Part shown: piece after piece, positions 33,459 to 36,483 of the stretch
Layout: every line of letters starts with the position of its first letter
Position numbering within the stretch: the stretch's first letter is position 1
Assembly (NCBI GenBank): GCA_048213135.1
Contig: PS015230.1
Coordinates: 50,347 to 86,829 of the forward strand
Length of the DNA stretch: 36,483 nucleotides
Reading direction: 5' to 3'
Source of the DNA: Reclinomonas americana ATCC 50394
Lineage: Eukaryota
Translations under genes and position numbers: made by a program
The notes under the pieces: model-generated
Seen by the model: only the letters and a program-made list of their open reading frames with translations
The model's database searches: none
Told to the model about the DNA's origin: nothing

Positions 33459-34729
33459 CGACGGTGAAATGAGTGGAGACAAACGAAAACCGTCGTAAAT
33501 GCAAGCATGTTTGGGGAAACCAACACCGTGGCCGCTCGTACCGCTGGTTGCACATGCACGAGTTTCAGTAAAGTGTGAGACGAGTGTCGACTGCTTTCGG
33601 GATGTTGTTGCCGTTTACAATTTGCGCTGCCGCATTCGTCTGTGCCTCATTTGAATTCGTGTCAGGAGGAAACGGTCGACTCGTCGGCGTCGCGCGCTCG
33701 ACGAACACGAGCGTTCGTACAGCTGTGCGCTGCAAACACGGGTTATATACCGTGCGAGTGTGGCCAAGCGGAGCGATCGCGACACGAACACGACCACAAT
33801 CCTGAATATTACATGCACAGGATTTCCAGACGATCACTGGATGTGAATAGGTGTGTTGGTTTAGTGTTCACGACAACACTCCTCGGGTTTTCCGGTTTCC
33901 AGACGATCACGAGATGTTGATGCAGCGCATGCGCATGCCGCAGATCGAGCACGCCGGCGTGTGTTCGAATTGGTGTCGCGATCGGCGATTGGACTCGATC
34001 GCGGAGATTGCACATGGTACAGTGGCTGGCGGGGAAGTTTCGTGGTGTCATGTCGCAGCGTGCAGTGACGTACACTGTTTCAGTGCCACATACCAGCTGG
34101 CTAATGTGTCGTGATATCGATCGTGCACAAATATTCGAAGCGAGCGGCGCGCACTGCAGCGCTGCGCGTTCGCGTACATGCGCATGCATCGCTACTCTGT
34201 CACGCATGCGCAGTTTCCTTCTAATCCCGCCTCGTGCCTGCTCTGGTGTGTCGTGGGCGGCCAGCGCAAATAGTCCTAAAACGCCGTTGCGAACACACAA
34301 TTGCCAGCTGCGTCCAAATGCGGACGAAATCACCTTGTCGCAGGACCACACAGAAGCGCCCACCAACACCTCGCTGGTGCATGCGGATGAGCTCGGCATC
34401 TTTCCTCGCTTGTGGGCGAAACCAGATGCATGCTTCATGCAGCCATACACGGCGATATAATTGGAAAGTGTGAGACTTTGTGCAGATTCACCATAAAAAG
34501 AAGGGAAAGTCGAACACACCAAGTTTGAAGAGGTCGTCGTGGAGAGCAGAACACGCTCTGTTTTCTGAGTATTGTTTACTCTCTCTCTCTCGTTGCTCTC
34601 TCTGCTCTTGTCTCTGTGTGCGTGCGAGTGAGTGAGTGCGTGTGCGTGGCACTGTGTGGAGTGTGTGAGTGGCTGCCAGAGAGACAGACAACAACGACAG
34701 CAACGCCAGTGAGAGTGTTACGCGCACGC

Positions 34730-36483
34730 ATGGACCCTGACATGGGCGGCGGCGAAGAGGACTGTGGAGGCAGCGGCGGTGGCGAGTCATGCGCCACAAA
34801 TCGACGCATCACACGCAGAGAGGTAAGTTTTCCACGACCTGTTTCGACATCGACAACTATCGCATCTTGCACGCACTTTTTCACACATATATCTGCACAC
34901 CTACACGCACACACACACGCACTTGCACCCGCACTTCTCACTCTGTGCTGTGCATTTCCTGTGTCTGTGTGCTGTGGCGGCGAATCTGTTTGATAACCAC
35001 CTTCCAAAGGGAGATATATCACGCACCACGCTTAAAAGCAGAGGAAAAAATCGTGCCGCACAATTGGTCGTGCATTCCGTTGAGGTTTTCATATCACTGC
35101 ATCTTGGTGTTGTGCGTGTGGTCTTTGTTTTATATGCGCACATATCCCGCATCGTCTTTCCCCCTCCTTTGACGCACATGTACTCTCTCTTCCGTTTGGA
35201 GTTTTTAGCGAAACAATTCGACTCTCCGCCCTAACATTCGTGCGCACGCATAGACGGTCGTTCTGGAGGAGCAATTTCGCATCAACCCGTACCCGTCTCG
35301 AGCGCACAAGCAGATGCTGGCCGACCGCCTGTGTACGTCGTGGTGCGTGGTCGGATTCGTCCGTGTTTGTCAGAGGTCGCGTGGAGGACACTTGTCGTAT
35401 TCACTTTGTTCGGCTCTGTGCAAACACACATAAACAGGAAGGTGGTGAACGTGTGGATGCAAAACCGACGCGCGCGTGAGCGCAAGAACCTGCGGGTGCA
35501 CGGGCAGAGCCCACCGCAGAGGTTGCCGGCGCCGTCGTCGTCTTCGGGCAATTCCGAAGCCGACGATCGCGAGCTCAGCGACAACAGCGACACCAACGCG
35601 CCACTCCCGCCCCCACTGCCTCCGCGCGTGGTGCAGGCAATTGCAAGGGACAGCACATCCATGCGGAGCCAGGTGGCGCAACTGCAGGACAGGCATCATC
35701 GCGCCTCGCCACTGCAGATGCAGTTTCCGCAGCACGGACAACTTCCTCCTCCTGCTGCTGCTGCTCACCCACCTCCACCTCCACCGTACCATTACCCGGC
35801 GATATTGTGCCCACCAGCGCCGCCCGTGCCGCAGTCTCGACAGCAGTCACCGTCGCTATTCATGCCTGTGCACCCGGTATCTGGGTTCACATTTCCGACC
35901 GCGACACCGACACCCACCTCCTCGCTGTCGTCGTCCTCGCGGTCATCTCAGGCCGCCACTCCCACGTCAGTGTGCGACTGGCAAGACGCTGCCAGCTTGG
36001 CCAACCCCAACAGTAGCTACGCCGCCTACTTGCAGGCCGCCAGCCACGGTGGTGGACAAACCAGAAGGTATGTGAAAAGCGATTGGGTGGAAGACTCCGC
36101 GTGATTTTGCTTCTAATTTTGCTCCGTATTGTTATGTCAGCGTCCCCAACACTCCGCATGGCAGCGCTGCGTGGGCCGCTGCGGCGGCAGCGCTGATGGG
36201 CGCAACACCACCAACACCGTCGACAGCGAGCACATTGCAATCTGTATCTGCGGCGGCGGCGGGAAAGCAGTCTGCACCCTCGTGGAGAGTGCCACCACCG
36301 CAACCACCGCAACCACCACCACCACCACTGTCTGTGGGCGGCAAGGCGCATGGCGCACCCGCAATGACTGGCGCATGTGCGATGCCGGCGCCGTCTTTGC
36401 CACCTCCTCCACCACCGGCTGCGGTCTCCACCACCTCCTCCTCGTTCACATCGAGCAAGCTGCAACAACAACAATCGTCGGCA
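34730..36483 (+). CDS. Homeobox transcription factor (non-TALE, Q50); runs off the window
   Basis: Exons 34730-34822, 35254-35342, 35438-36067 and 36141 onward give RRITRRETVVLEEQFRINPYPSRAHKQMLADRLCTSWKVVNVWMQNRRARERK, with exact homeodomain spacing (L16, F20, Y25, P26, W48, N51, R53). Confidence 0.9.

Noticed and set aside
36132-36458. Minus-strand 108-aa ORF and the apparent homeobox stop at 36104
   Set aside because: Intron 36068-36140 (AG|GTATGT...TCAG) removes the stop and continues the + strand homeobox frame, so the minus ORF is its shadow.
1067-36483. Stop-codon reassignment or alternative genetic code
   Set aside because: In-frame stops in recognisable genes fall within introns, and genes end in TAA, TAG and TGA.

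Overview
This window is intron-rich, GC-rich, very compact eukaryotic (probably protist) scaffold DNA with many N-gaps and microsatellites. Most raw ORFs are artefacts, so genes were rebuilt by hand from splice signals and reading-frame phase. About 14 genes or gene segments are supported: an unknown charged protein, a DUF1295 membrane protein, a Kelch-repeat protein, a giant low-complexity BTB/BACK-SPRY protein (probably one gene over 5853-15406), RPAIN, a degenerate kinase-fold protein, an NYN+LOTUS ribonuclease, a C2H2 zinc-finger factor, INTS7, the 3' end of SURF1, a FAX/metaxin-like GST, an OB-fold/CCCH/methyltransferase-like protein and a homeobox gene. The most striking signal is in splicing. 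18 of roughly 70 inferred introns begin GTTGCG(T), which is the local GTGCGT donor with one extra U. These donors almost never have the exon-terminal G that the GTGCG donors have, suggesting large-scale use of a shifted or bulged U1 pairing register. GC-AG introns and 9-15 nt microexons also occur. Two gap-bounded contigs (2586-2960 and 21122-22102) carry internal exons on the wrong strand, most likely through scaffold mis-orientation.
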